Shown: in pieces, positions 1-13,470 of the stretch
Position numbering within the stretch: position 1 is the first letter of the stretch
Layout: each line of letters starts with the position of its first letter
Assembly (NCBI RefSeq): GCF_965363235.1
Contig: NC_134847.1
Coordinates: 69,846,935 to 69,910,934 of the forward strand
Origin: Mytilus galloprovincialis
Lineage: Eukaryota
Direction of reading: 5' to 3'
Length of the DNA stretch: 64,000 nucleotides
The notes under the pieces: generated by a model
The model's database searches: none
Seen by the model: the letters and a program-made list of their open reading frames with translations, nothing else
Told to the model about the DNA's origin: nothing
Position numbers and translations under genes: made by a program

Positions 1-833
1 TTGAGTCTGAAATATATCCATAATAAATGCACCGTATCAAATGCATATATGAGAACACCTACTTATAAACTGTTACGCGTCGCATACTATGTTTAGAGAC
101 ATGCATGATAAATCTAAATTAAAAGACGAATTAAAAAAAAAAGAAATTCTTCAAGCTTACTTTGACAAATTTTAAACTAACTTCATTTCAACAATTTTAA
201 TTACATGTTCTAAAATAGAGCTAAGAATTGTTTGTAGTGTAGTAAATTTAAGTCTTTGAAATTTTATTCAAATACGCTATTGAACATTACTAAGAGCCAA
301 TAAATACAATAATTTTATATTTTATAAATTAGTGCCTTCAATAAATTAAAGCCGTCATAGAACAGTCTCATTTTCATAACGATATTCGAAATGACTCGTT
401 TCATTGCCATTAAAATAAATATATCATAACAACATGACAGAGAGTTTTGTTTCGGAATATTCTAGATAAATATACAAAAAGCAAATTTTAGACAATGTAC
501 CCTCCTAAGCCTAGAAGTGGTTAGTCACATATAGTTAACGGCTTTTTTCTTACAATGACGTTCTACCTCCATAAGCTTGGATATGTCGTGGCTGGTCACA
601 TATGTGTTATATACACAAAAAAGTGATAAATGATCCCTACTTGCAGATGGTGGTATTTGGAACAATTGTAAAAGCTTTAGAAAGAATGCTTGTTTCTGAA
701 TAAAATATTATATGACTTTATTTGATTTTTGTGTTTTAAACGCCACTTTTAAGCACTGCTTTTTGGGTAATTTCGTGGCTGCCAGTTGTTGTCAGTGGAG
801 GAAGCCGATTCAATATCATTTGAACTGCATTTC

Positions 834-840
<7 letters not shown>

Positions 841-868
<28 letters not shown>
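841..868. repeat. A28 homopolymer
   Basis: It is directly visible. ORF 712-933 (poly-K) is an artefact of it. Confidence 0.95.
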
Positions 869-869
<1 letters not shown>

Positions 870-1189
870 AGTTTACCTATATGCATTGCATATGATTTCA
901 ACTAAAAATTCTGGTAAACGTCACTCGCCTTAATCTCTGTAAAAATTACCAAGGTGGCTTTTCTGGTGTTATATGAGTGAAGTCTTGAAGAGAATAAAGA
1001 ACAATGTTGCAGTTGACTGTATACTGATGAGATGGATATTTGAGTATTTATATGAATATTATATGCAAATAGAGACTCGATGAGAGTTTAGTAACCCTAC
1101 TGGTTGAAAATGATGCTGGAATTTAGTGTTGTTAGACTTTTCTTTTTATAATGACATATATAATAAAGCTTGTAGATTTTTTATTCCTC

Positions 1190-1450
1190 TGAATAAAGGC
1201 AACAGTAGTATACCGCTGTTCGAAAATCATAAATCGATGGAGAAAAAAACAAATCCGGGTTACAAACTAAAACTGAGGGAAACGCATCAAATATAAGAGG
1301 AGAACTACGACACAACAGACACACAACATTAAAATGTAACTCACACAGATACGAACTATAATATATCAATGGTCATTTTCCTGACTTGGTACAGGACATT
1401 TTAAGAAAAAAATGGTCGGTTGAACCTGGTTTTGTGGCATACCCAACCTC
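1190..1450 (+). repeat. Dispersed SINE/MITE-like repeat, family 1 (…AAAGGCAACAGTAGTATACCG…TATTCCTGACTTGGTACAGGCATTTTC…GGTGGATTAAACCTGGTTTTATAGC)
   Basis: Related copies or parts lie at 3465-3520, 8760-8990, 20880-21010, 22130-22300, 25250-25390 (paralogous to 54410-54550) and 35580-35720. The copies differ by substitutions and internal deletions typical of a dispersed interspersed family. Confidence 0.65.
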
Positions 1451-2642
1451 TTTTATGGCAATGTTAAATATAACATTAAAATGACAACATTACATGATTG
1501 GACTACAATACAAATAAATTGGAGAACATATAGAACAGAGAAACACACGAATAATAGCGAACAAAAGGTACCAGGTCAAAAATTTAATACGCCAGACGCC
1601 CGTTTCGTCCACACAAGACTCACCAGCGACGCTCAGATGAAAAAAGTTCGAAAGCCAAAACAAGTACAAAGTTGAAGAGCACTGAGAACCAAAAGTTCCA
1701 AAACGTTGTGCCCAATACGACTAGGGTTTTTTTGCCTGGGATAAGAACATCCTTATTATTAAGAATAATTCATACTTTTGCAAAAGTAAATTTTATAAAA
1801 TGACTATATAATAGATATACATGATAAAACCGAAGTGGTGACACACTACAGAATAAAAACGGATACATTACATAAAACAATCTAAACTAGTACATATAAA
1901 AACACAGCCGAGTTAGCCAAAGTCATCAAAGCACAAAGTGACGTCACATTTGAATTTGTAATACTGATATAACATTTATTAATAACAATGAAAATTACAA
2001 TACTAATTAATATCAAATTGTGGTAGTTATGAGTTTGTAAATGTGCTGAAAACCAATACCGTATCGTCGGCTATAAAAGACACGACATTCAAAATGATTA
2101 ACAATTCAAACGAGGAAGCCAGCGTTTTAAGAAAAGAAAAAACATCGATAAAAAGCAAATATGACACACACGAACCAACGACGACTTCTGAACTACAGGC
2201 TTCTAACTTGGGACAGGCACATACAGAGTGTAACGGGGTTAAACATGTTTGTGAGGTCCCGGTATGCTAGTGGTGTAGCAGCACAATTTAAGACAAACTA
2301 TTAAAATCAGGTACAATTGCCTACACTCAAACCATTGACACGAGGCACTAACACAACTAACGTAAAAACAATAGACATAAACCACTAAAAAAAGAGTACT
2401 CGCAGTTACTGAAAGCTAGTTCAAAGCCTATTTCAACTAAATTATGTTCGGTCAGACTAAAATTTCAGTCAGTATACATTTAATGAATGTTTAGTGTTAA
2501 GGCGTCATAAATACTCTGAAAAATACATGACCTTGGTTATCGACAAGCTGTCGGATCATATATTGCAAACTATATTTTCAATAACAACATCAGTGTAAGT
2601 ACCAATAAAAACAATATTTAAATATTTCATAACTATGTTAAC

Positions 2643-2939
2643 TTAAAAATCTTCAAGAACAAGGTAATTCAAATGATTCATTAGTTTACATGGGTTGTAG
2701 CTACATTTACAGACTTTAAAAACAACATCACCGTAAAAAAAAGGATGCGATATCATGTTTTTTAAAATAAATCTACAGGTATAGTTAAACCGCCTCAAGA
2801 TCATAGTATATTCTGCCTCTTTATTTGAACAGAGAGGTTTCATATTGGCAGATATTCTTAATATAAAACACCGACAAAATTTGGAATTTTTTTTAATGGA
2901 AACAATTTCTTGGCATAATATAGAATATTTTTGTAACAT
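2643..2939 (-). mobile_element. Fragment of the same retroelement family (C-terminal region only)
   Basis: The ORF product ...TCRFILKNMISHPFFYGDVVFKVCKCSYNPCKLMNHLNYLV aligns with the 32791-33210 product ...STCRFLIRSGISHPIFYGNILYKAQKCQYSPQKLTKPLNRLI. Confidence 0.5.
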
Positions 2940-4019
2940 TACAGAATACTAGTATATGTTTGACTTAAAAATGTAGCAAAACCCTATTTATATTCAAAAT
3001 TGAGGTTAATTTTTCGCCTTAAGATGTTTTTCAAGTTTTTTGACTGAAAAAGGAACATTAAATATATAGGTTCATTTATGTTAAATTGAAGTATAATAAA
3101 TTATTTCTTATCTGAACGATCCAGTGACATTTTACACGGGTGAATTAATGAACTAAATTGATCGTTAGTTGAACTAACCTTACTGACAAATATGTTTTCT
3201 TGTTTGAATGTTTGTGATGATATTTGTTGTTGTAACAGTAGTCATGTTTGTCTGAGGAAACAAAAATAATATAACATAAATGTCATAACTATCAATTTGC
3301 ACCGTCATCCATTCACTTCCATGTCAATTCGGTTTCCTTCGCATTAGTTGAAGTCGTTGATTTTTTCAACGAAGTCGTATTATTTGGATGTACTTGTAAA
3401 AGCAAAAATAACAAAGTTAACACATTAAAATAGACAAAATACTAACAGTTGAACTTTTTTCTGCTTTAAATAAAGGCAACAGTAGTATACCGATGTTTAA
3501 AACTCATAAATCGATCATCCAAATGTGATGTACTTAATTATGAAACAAAGCAGCCAATAATATAGCCAGATAAAGGTCGTTTTTTGTGTCAATGTGATAG
3601 GTATTCATATATATTCCTAAACATAGTCTTGATTCCAAGATAATGAATGTGAGTGGTAATTGAAAATAATAAAAATATGTATATTTATACTTACTTTATG
3701 AAAACAAAAGTAGCTGAGAATTTTCTTGAATGAGATCCAATGATTCCTTTAAACCACACACATTAAAAAATTACCAGATCTCATATAAACTCATCATTAC
3801 ATGTTCTCCTGCTTCTGCAATGATTCAGTTTCCTTCCAAATATATGCAGACATATAAGAGGGGTATTGAATGAAATTTATTCTGGAAGATGATGATTTTC
3901 TCTTTATATTTGAAAGTATTTTTGTCCATCTGATGAGTTAAGCCTTTTTCAACTCATTTTTATAGTTCGTTCTTATATTGTACTGTTATACCACTGTCCA
4001 GGTTAGGGGAAGGATTGGG

Positions 4020-4340
4020 ATCCCGCTAACATGTTTAACCCCGCCACATTATTTATGTATGTGCCTGTCCCAAGTCAGGAGCCTGTAATACAGTGGTTGT
4101 CATTTGTTTATGTGTTACATATTTGTTTTTCGTTCATTTTTTTATATATAAATAAGGCCGTTAGTTTTCTCGTTTGAATTGTTTTACATTGTTATATCGG
4201 GACCATTTATAGCTGACTATGCAGAATGGGCTTTGCTCATTGTTGAAGGCCGTACGGTGACCTATAGTTGTTAATGTATGTGTTATTTTGGTCTCTTGTG
4301 GACAGTTGTCTCATTGGCAATCATACCACATCTTTTTTTT
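4020..4340 (+). repeat. Dispersed repeat, family 3 (…CCCCGCCACATT…TGCCTGTCCCAAGTCAGGAGCCT… / …GTGTTGAAGGCCGTAC.GTGACCTATA…TTGTCTCATTGGCA)
   Basis: Partial copies lie at 33560-33640, 20090-20210 (+), 18530-18660 (-), 55300-55440 (-), 46560-46620 and 57440-57500. Confidence 0.55.
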
Positions 4341-7300
4341 ATATTTAACCAAACTTTCAGTAACTGCGAGTTTTCCTAGGTCGACACGTTATTTTATGGC
4401 TTTTTTTTTTGGTGCTTAATGTCAATCTGATTAGTCAAGCCTATTCCAGCTGATTATTATTTGTTGCTCTTACAATAAAGCTGTTTCAGCTATTTCTTCC
4501 AAAGGTTTACTGCCCCTATTATAATTTGGTTGACGGTAATGACATATATTTGTTAGTGGTGATACTAATGTGTTTCATTTGTCGTAATATCTATCCAATC
4601 CATTTTCCCGATATTACTTTATAAAATTGAATTAGACTTACACTGGGTTTCTACAAAACAGACACAAACAGTGAAGCAGGAACCGCTTACCAATCTATAG
4701 CACCATCGTTTTTAGAATAATTTTTGTAAACATTTATATGTTTTACTATTGGCAACGTTCTTATCATTGCCCTTATAAATCTTTTTTTTTTAACTCACAT
4801 ATTCAGTTTAAAGGTACCGATATTTTTGAAATTTCTATTTACTAGCATGTGCAAGACTAAGAGACATTTACCAATCTGCTATTGTAAAATGCCATTGTGT
4901 CGGTTATCCCACTTCAATCGGTTTAAACAGGTAAACAGATGGATGTCACTGGTATATATAGTAGAGAGCTCTTGAACCAAATTATTAACGCATTGTATTT
5001 CTTTATTATAATGAATGTTCTTATGAAAATAGCCCATTCACTGCGTCTTACCAGGTCTTCGATATCTTTTCATGAATATGTAAATCTGAGCGAAGTAAAA
5101 TAAAAAAAAAAAAATAAAAAAAAAAAAACAGAAGGAGATTAGTCTCGAGTTTATAACAACATTTTTTCCTTAATTGTTTATTCTTCATATACTAAGTTAT
5201 GGTCAATGCATCCATCATATACACATCAATTCATTTATACTAAATTTTGTCATTAAAAAATTAATTTTAAGTGTCTGTATTGGTTTGCAATGAAATAGTC
5301 AATATATTTTTTAAGAAGACAGGATAATTATAAATCAAAGTTTTCTTCATTTCTAATTTGCAGATGATGTAGAATATCTAGACATTTTTTTGATTTATAA
5401 AATTGAATATTACAAAGAAGGTATATAATGCAAAAATTATAGTCGCAAAAGATACGAACATTAAATCTGGCTAAAATAACTTGATGAAAATGACTTTGAA
5501 TAGCTAAAACATTGAAATGAAATACCTATTTCAACGGAAGTCATACAAGACCAGCTTTATAATAAATTTTGAAATTATCGTATAAATTTTGTTATCAGTA
5601 TTATCTTGAATGTTTATGATATTCTGAGTGTTTCTCTATGGTTGTTCCTAGCAGTCAAGATAATTTGACCTCTAGAATAAGAATCTCAATGTTATGCTTT
5701 GTTTACAAGGCTAATCCAATAATGGCATTCCACTTCAAGTTTAATAAGAATAGTATTGACAATCTAAATTGGTCAATACTGTGTGGTTAATATTTATGGA
5801 CACTTATCTTGCAGATGTCAATGACAGTTTTCTGACTCGATAAAAAGATATAAAAAGTCTAAATAGCCCTTCATATATCAATTAAGATGCAAGGTTGCTT
5901 AATCTTTGTGTAAACAGCTCGACTGTACTTTAAAACTTTGAACTCTGCCAATCGTAAATTACTTTTTTTTTCCTGAGATTAAAACAAAAGCGAATCGGAG
6001 GAGATATATTTATGGTTAAGTTTTCAAAGGAGAATGGCCGAGAAATTTCTATGTAAACTTTGAGTTTAAGTCACAATATAAGAAGGCGTGGATGAACAAG
6101 CGGGACAATAAAAATTCGAAAGTGTAGGGAAAGAATGCGATAGCAACACCATGATCAAAACAAATAAAAAATAGAATAAAGACAAACAAGTCAACCAGGC
6201 AAAAATTAAGGAATGAGCCACACGAACTCAACTAGATGATGGGTTATTGCTTAAAAAACGAAAAGAATACTGGAAATCCGGAAATATTATCAATTATTGA
6301 AATTAGATGTAATTGACTTGAATTATTTTTTGATATTCTATAAAATCTGAACAGATATTTATAGACATAATTTCAAAGTCACCATTCAGATCAGCTTGAT
6401 TGGTCATACTAAAGTATAAAAATAAAGGGATAACTTCATAGTTTTATAACACATGATTGCCTGCATATGCATTAAATATAACAAGAGTCGTGTCATACAT
6501 GAGGGGAAAAAAACTTTAAAAAAGGGACGGTTTCTTTAGAGCTAAAATTAATAAAGCGCTGTTTTCATATTTACATCAGAGGCTCGATATCACTGTTAGG
6601 GGACCACAAGTTGACGAGGGTATCATCAGCTAAGTATTCCATACTGTGGTACCGACATGATTCAATTTTGCAATATTTAAAAAAAAACTGTTCGTTTATG
6701 AACTTAGAAGTTGAAAAGAAACTGAGATTTTAACTCCCTTAATCACAGTTGACCCTGGATAAATTTGGATAAATATTCTGGTCTTATCGTTCTTCAACTG
6801 TGTCGGTATTTACCCCCAGTGTTTGTTTTGTGTCGTGTTGCTCAGTCTTTCGTTTTCTATGTTGTGTTCTGTGTACTGTTGGTTGCATGTTGGTCTTTTT
6901 GTTATCAATTAATACGTTGTCAGTTTATTTTCGACTTATGAGTTTGAATGTCCCTTTGGTATCTTTTGCGTATCTTGACGCAAAATATTCTCACACTATG
7001 CAACATTGATTTCACCCAAAATAATCAGCATATTAATAACATATAACTATACCCATCCCTGTCATTATTAGAACGGGTATTGCATTTAGAAAGGAGGAAC
7101 TATATTGACATATTTCTACACCTTAGTTATCATTATAGTTCATTAACAAACGAAAGAAAAATAAAAGCAATGTAGAGAAAGCTTTGGTTCGGATAAATCT
7201 CATACCTTAAACAAACACGTTAAATCTGCGTTACCACTTATTTTGTATTGTATTAACATTTGTTTTGTAATTTTTCAAACGAAAGACTAACGCAAAAGGT

Positions 7301-8759
7301 AGTTAATAACAATCTATAAGCATATGAGATTTGACATGATTTAATTGACTTAAAAAAAATTATTATACCATAATCGAAAACTAACTGTGATCAAAGCTTA
7401 ACGGTCTATTTATACAAATGTACTATGGTCAGTACAACTATAAAGTGGTCATTTACCAGAACTATTAATGTCGAAAGTGATGTCAATTCTCACCTATGTT
7501 CAACGTTGGTATAAGTTACCTTGGTTCAAATGAGTGTGGTGTTTATATTATTGATACAACATATTTTCATATCATTATTCTATTCTGGTGTTTAGATTTT
7601 TTTTAGCATTACATAATTGGCGTGTAGCGTAATATATGGATGTTAATAACAACACGAGTAATATTGTGTATTATAAAGGACATCTTGTGAAAACACAACA
7701 TTTTATATTTAATGGGGGATTTGTAGTATTCAGTCCTCTACTACATAAACGTTTTTAGGTCGAGCTTTTTCATATCATAGTGTTACTGCTAAACTTATTA
7801 TCGCCTCTACAAATAGAGCGCTTAGTCTTTGAATATCTAAGTGTAAAAGTTTCTGTGGTGTACAAATTGTGATGTATTTATGAGGTTCCCAATTAGGAAT
7901 GTGGTGCTGGTCCTTGGAGCTTTCAGATGTTTTCGGCTCTTTGGTCGGGTTGTTGTCTTTTTGAAATATTCCTCATTTCCATTCAATTTCCATTCTCAAT
8001 TTTATTGTTTGTTAATGCCGTAAAATATACATCGAATAATGTAGATGCAAATGATATTTAGAAAGTTAAAACGATTTTCTTATTTCCAGGTGTTCCTTAC
8101 AGAAACAAAAGGTGTAGAAAACTTTTTTTGTTTTTTAGATGAATGCATTTTCTGTGTCAATCTAGAGTGTGTGTGTAAAATCGCATACTGTATTAGTACT
8201 ACTTAATTTTCCAAAAATATTCTATTGGATCGTTGTCTTAATCTATTCAAGAAAAGTTTTGAAACTGGAAGACTTTTGACAATTCCAATGCCATTCATAT
8301 ACATACATTGTTACGTGGTGTTGCACTATTTAAAATCGAAGCAGGACAATTTGAAAGACATTTTTAACAAAAATCGCACTCTTAAAAAATTTTTAAAGGA
8401 GAAAGTCCAGAAATCAAACGTTTGTTTATATAAACCAACAGAACGATTGGAAACCAACTGTCATATTTGTGACATGGCACAGGCATTTACCATTGAAAAG
8501 GGGGAAGGGGAGATAAAGCTGGTCTCATAGCTAGCTTAACCTCATACTGTTTTAACTATTACGAGATCACAAGATCAACTCTGTGATAAAAATTAAAATA
8601 TTTTCGAATATCAAGCTCATTTAAACAAGTCCATTATATGAAGATTAAAAAAACAAAACATATTTTAAAGTCATAGCATTGTAATGTTGCATATATGTCT
8701 ATTTGTGGTATATAGAAATGATCGTTTTCATTCGGAACGCGTGTGTCGTAAACACTTAT

Positions 8760-8990
8760 ATGGATTTTATCTTATCTCATAAATCGATTGAGAGAAAACA
8801 AATCCGGGTTATAAACTAAAACCGAAGGAAACACATCAACTATTAAACGAAAACAACGAAATAACAGAACATACAAGTGCAATATTAGAAAAAAAACAAT
8901 ACATAGAAACGAACTACTAGATAACAACTGCCATATTCCTGACTTGGTACATTTTAAGAAAAAAAAATGGTGGGCATCATATGTTAAATG
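8760..8990 (+). repeat. Family 1 dispersed repeat copy
   Basis: It contains 'cataaatcgat.gagagaaaacaaatccgggttataaactaaaaccgaaggaaacacatcaa...ccatattcctgacttggtacattttaagaaaaaaaaatggtgg'. Confidence 0.65.
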
Positions 8991-10274
8991 TTATATTGTA
9001 TATCATTGAGAGTTGATATCTTTGAATATAAACCAATCTAAAAATTACGACGAAAACACCATAATAATAAGTTTGAGATACCAGAATTTAAATCAAACCC
9101 CGATGTAATCGGTGCCCCAGAAAGTCATGAAGATCATTGTTCAGATTTGCTTCAAGTCTGATCTAGTAAGGAACTAAGGGTTGTTTTGTACGGAAAACGG
9201 AATGACATAGTCATGACTATTGAAATATATGGAGGCATTTCGTTAATAAAAATGTGTATTTTTCAAATTTACTGAAAACATTCAGTGTCAAATTTCTAAA
9301 GCAAAAAACAAACATTTCTCGTTTAGACATTCTACAAAAAAAAACGAAATGTTTCTATTCTCTTATTACATCTTCTAAACCATTGTTCTATATTGGGCTT
9401 TAATACATCAAATCAGTAAAAAAATGACATATAACTTGTTTGTTTCAATACTTTGTTGTTAAGAGAAAATTGAATATTTGGTATTTCACTGTTTTAAAAT
9501 TAAAATTATAATCTTACTTTAAAAAAAGTACAAGTGCTATTTATACCCCCAACTTTAAGATAACATTATATTCTATTTTCAAGTTTCAGATATATAAATG
9601 TGTAAGTCGTTCTCGGATTTTTGTTAACTATGTCGGCAATGTCATAGAACCGCTTAGTCATAAATCCTTGTGAAAAGCTGAGCTGTTTGAGATGTTGTAA
9701 AAAGTGGAAGACATAGAAAACAACTATCCAAATATATCACACAGGACAAATAAATGAAGAAAATAATTATTTGATAATCAAAATAATGTCAATTACACAA
9801 TTTTATATGGTTCCAAAACATTAAATTAGATTAGATCCTGAGTTTTCAGATAATATGGATAATATAAGCAAATTGTTTAAAATCTAATAAAATCATGTAA
9901 GATTTATTGGTTAATGAGTGTTTTTGTATAATCAGGAAACGTCAGTGCAGTAGTGTCACTTGTGATGTCACTATGACATTATAAACATGTTAAAATCAAC
10001 TTATTTGACGAAAACATAGGTTTTTCCATGTAAAATTCGAGCTTTGTTTTTGTGAAAAGGTTAAAAAATGTATTATTGATTTAAACTTTTAATATCATCC
10101 ATCCAGTTCAATGTCAATTAAACACCCAAATCTACTGTGTATTATTTGAATATCATATAATCATAAATATGGCATATTGGGTGAGTGTATGTGTAAAAAG
10201 ATATTAACAAATTTGTTACTTTGAAATGATAAAAATATCAAAAGAGAGACGATAGTTATCAAAAGTACCAGGAT

Positions 10275-10460
10275 TATAATTTACCACGCCAGACACCAGA
10301 CGCGCGTTTCGTCTACATAAGACTCATCAGTGACGCTCATATCAAAATAGTTATAAAGCCAAACAATACAAAGTTAAAGAGCATAGAGGATCCAAAATTC
10401 CAAAAAGTTGTACCAAATACGGCTAAGGTAATCTATTCTTCGGACAAGAAAATCCTTAGT
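10275..10460 (+). repeat. Dispersed repeat, family 2 (core CCAGACGCGCGTTTCGTCTACAtAAGACTCATCAGTGACGCTC…CCAAATACG.CTAAGGT)
   Basis: Further copies lie at 1560-1760, 26905-27085 and 58150-58213 (partial). The core contains an imperfect palindrome, AGACGCGCG/CGTCT. Confidence 0.65.
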
Positions 10461-12904
10461 TTTTACCACAGTGACGTTCAAACTCATAAATTGAAAATAA
10501 ACTTGACAGTCCCGTGGCTTACTTTTCATCATCTTACATATAAATATAAAATAAATATGATATAATTGCAAATAACTGTCCAGACGTAGATATTATCAAC
10601 TATTTTTTAAATATGAAACAAATCAGTCAAACCATTAAGCACGATCAAAGGAGTTTCTAACGTCAATGTCAGCGGTAAATTCAATTATTCCATAACAACT
10701 GTTTGGCTTCAAAGATTAGAAGTGGCAATATTAATATGAATATAATAAATTAATAATATCTATATAAAAAGTAAAACATACCCCAACCAAAGTGTATATA
10801 TGCGTACTATGGAAAAAATCCCAGAGCAATATCGAGACATTTGAAAACCATAGAAAAATATGGTGTAGGCGCTGAAAAATATGCTGTAATCATTGAGAAA
10901 TATGCTGTAATCCAGCAATGACGTTGAAATTCAATGATCTCATATTAACAAATTCCTAAATGATTTCCAGCTGAACGACTTATTTCTCCGTCAAACATAT
11001 ACAGATCTATCGGAGATGGAATAAATAAAAATTGAGTCTTGCAGATAATGACTTATCTTTTTGCTGAATTTGAGTTTAAATTAGATTTTTATAACTGCGA
11101 GTACTCTAAGGTCGGCACTTTCTGTCCTTTGTCCTTTGGTGTTTAGGTTGTGTAGCGACCGGATGAAATCAACCCTTTTCAAATAATTATCTATTTGTTC
11201 TTTTTTATTTATTTATTTTTCGAATTATTTATCTAACTATAAAGTTGTTTTCAACTGTGCTATGTAGAACAACTATCTTAATACAGTTTTTTTGTTGTTG
11301 TTGAGTGTGTTGTTAAACCACGGTAACAGATATGGAGAGAGTTTGACAAACATAAGTTAAAATGGGTTTTGTTCATTGTTAAAAGTTGCATATTGACTTG
11401 TAATTATTCGTATTTGTCATTTCAGGCTATGGCTAGTTGACACAATGGCAATCATATCTTTTTCATTATGTTTGTCTTTCCAAAGGCAGGCAATTACTTT
11501 TGTAATGTCAAGAGTTTGATGATTTTCCGTTCTCATCATTCGGCATTGTGCATGGGTCTAAAATAGCACTAGATGTTCTTGTTTGCCTTATCGAATTATG
11601 AAATGTATTATAGATATCACAATAGAAATGGCATATACAACTTGCTATCAAATAATAGATTTCATCAATTGATTTTGACAATCCTACATAGTTTAATACA
11701 TAAAAGGTAGATCAAGTACTACTTGACCTTCATCAGGTCTGTGTGGTAGTAAATTAAGAACGTTCATCGATAACGATTACTTTTCGTGGGAGACCAATCA
11801 ATAGAACTTTCTGATTATTCATTATATAACTCTTTATCATCTGATATATGAATTATTTACTAGTTGATATATAGTTTTGGAATATGTATGCTTTTTGACA
11901 TGACTTTGGTCAAATTGGTCAATATACCTGTCACGATCCTGACTCAAGCCTGCCTTTATTACCACAAAAATAGGACCACTATATTGAACATTTAAGTTGG
12001 ATCAAATTTTAAGTACAGCTCTTTATAAGAACCAGGCAGAGTGCCATATACATGTGATATATGGGGGGTTTCAGATTTTATCTATAATTGGCCTAGTAGA
12101 AGCAATAAATGAATCCTGCTCAAAAAATAATTTTGAGTGGGAAAATATGAGCGGTTGCCATGGTAACGGACACACAATTTTTTGGTTGTTAAGCGTAGTA
12201 AAATCTTTCACAAATCAGCTAAATCACCACATTTCAGAGCCTGATTATGAATAGAACCATGCATGTTTCATTAATTTTCATATGTAACATTGATAGAACA
12301 TGGTTTAAGCTTCATTTTAGTGAAGATTGCATGTCAACCAAATTTGTAAATTTTTTGAAATTTTTTTCGAAAAAATGCATATTTTCAACTTTTCTGAAAT
12401 TGGGATTTTTGCGAAATTATCAAATATTCTCTGGTGTTTTTCAGAAAAGTGCAAATGTGTACAGAATAGTTAGCACTGTAGTTATGAAGTTTGGATACTA
12501 CTTTACCAAATTTAATAGAAAAATGCGTGGGATTTCTTTTAGTTTTGTCACCATAGCAACCGATTTTTTCCTTGGAAACGGAGTTTTCATTTGCAGAATA
12601 TTGCAGTTTAAGAGCTTAAATGTCCTGAATTGTTTTATAACCGATAAGAAAAAAAAAAAGCTAACTCAAACTTTAAATTACTATCGTCAAGTGTTGCTGA
12701 CTTCAATTGTTACCACAGAAAGACATATTATCCATAGCAACATCCATTAAAAAACTGCATAAATAGAAATTTATGTAAAAAAATACATAAATAAAGGGTG
12801 TTAATTTTCAAATTGGAATATGACTTCCTTCTTTGCTTCACTCACAGTCTTGTCTAAATTTTTTCTTCAGATGGTTCAATAAATTTAATATGTAACGAAA
12901 CATT

Positions 12905-12940
12905 GGGGTTGGGGGGCTTGGAAAAAGGGGGGAGGGGTAT
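12905..12940 (+). other. G-rich tract with at least 4 G-runs of 4 or more (ggggttggggggcttggaaaaaggggggagggg), a candidate G-quadruplex motif
   Basis: It is directly visible and stands out against the AT-rich background. Related strings recur at 58325-58345 and 58688-58705 (cccctccccttacc). Confidence 0.4.
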
Positions 12941-12999
12941 GTTGATTTTTTAAAATGTTGCATACAAGTAGATACTTGAGAAAAAGAGAATTGCGTTAC

Positions 13000-13470
13000 A
13001 TCGTCCGAAGACACATTGGTTTTTGCACTTTAACTTTAGTTTAATTTAATAGAAATCTATTAAATTTAAACACAAGGTTAATTACCACAAAAGGAAGGTT
13101 GGGATTGATTTTGAGAGTTTTGGTCCCAACAGGTTAGGAATTAGGGGCGAAAAAAGGGCTCATTTAGGCATTTTTCGTGGTTTTCACACAATAATTTTAG
13201 TACAAGTTAATAGAAATCTATGAAATTCACACACAAGGTTTATGAACACAAAAGAAAGTTGGGATTGATTTAGGGAGTTTTGGTCCCAACAGTTTAGGAA
13301 TTAGGGGCCAAAAAGGGGCCCAATTAAGCATTTTTCTTGGTTTTCGCACCATAAATTTAGTATAAGTAAATAGAAATCTATGAAATTTAAATACAAGGTT
13401 TATTACCATAAAAGGAAGGTTGGGATTGATTTTGGGAGTTTTGGTCCCAACAGTTTAGTAATTAGGGGCC
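13000..13470. repeat. Tandem array of about 161 bp units (about 3 copies) in the left foldback arm
   Basis: The unit 'tagaaatctatgaaatt...ggttgggattgattttgggagttttggtcccaacag' has a period of 160-162 bp. Confidence 0.8.

Noticed and set aside
712-933. 73-aa ORF containing an 11-residue poly-Lys run
   Set aside because: The poly-K run is the translation of the A28 homopolymer, and there is no other coding signal.
8225-8530. 101-aa ORF containing NCHICDMAQAF, faintly reminiscent of the CHICD…H…C motif at the LINE ORF2 C-terminus (about 48110)
   Set aside because: Only 5 residues match and no RT homology flanks it. It is probably a coincidence or a fragment too degraded to call.
12247-12750. 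167-aa ORF and its near-identical 119-aa twin on the opposite strand at 19164-19523
   Set aside because: They are mirror images within the two arms of the foldback structure. The sequence is low-complexity (F/K/I-rich) with no recognisable domain. They are most likely a chance open frame in AT-rich repeat DNA.
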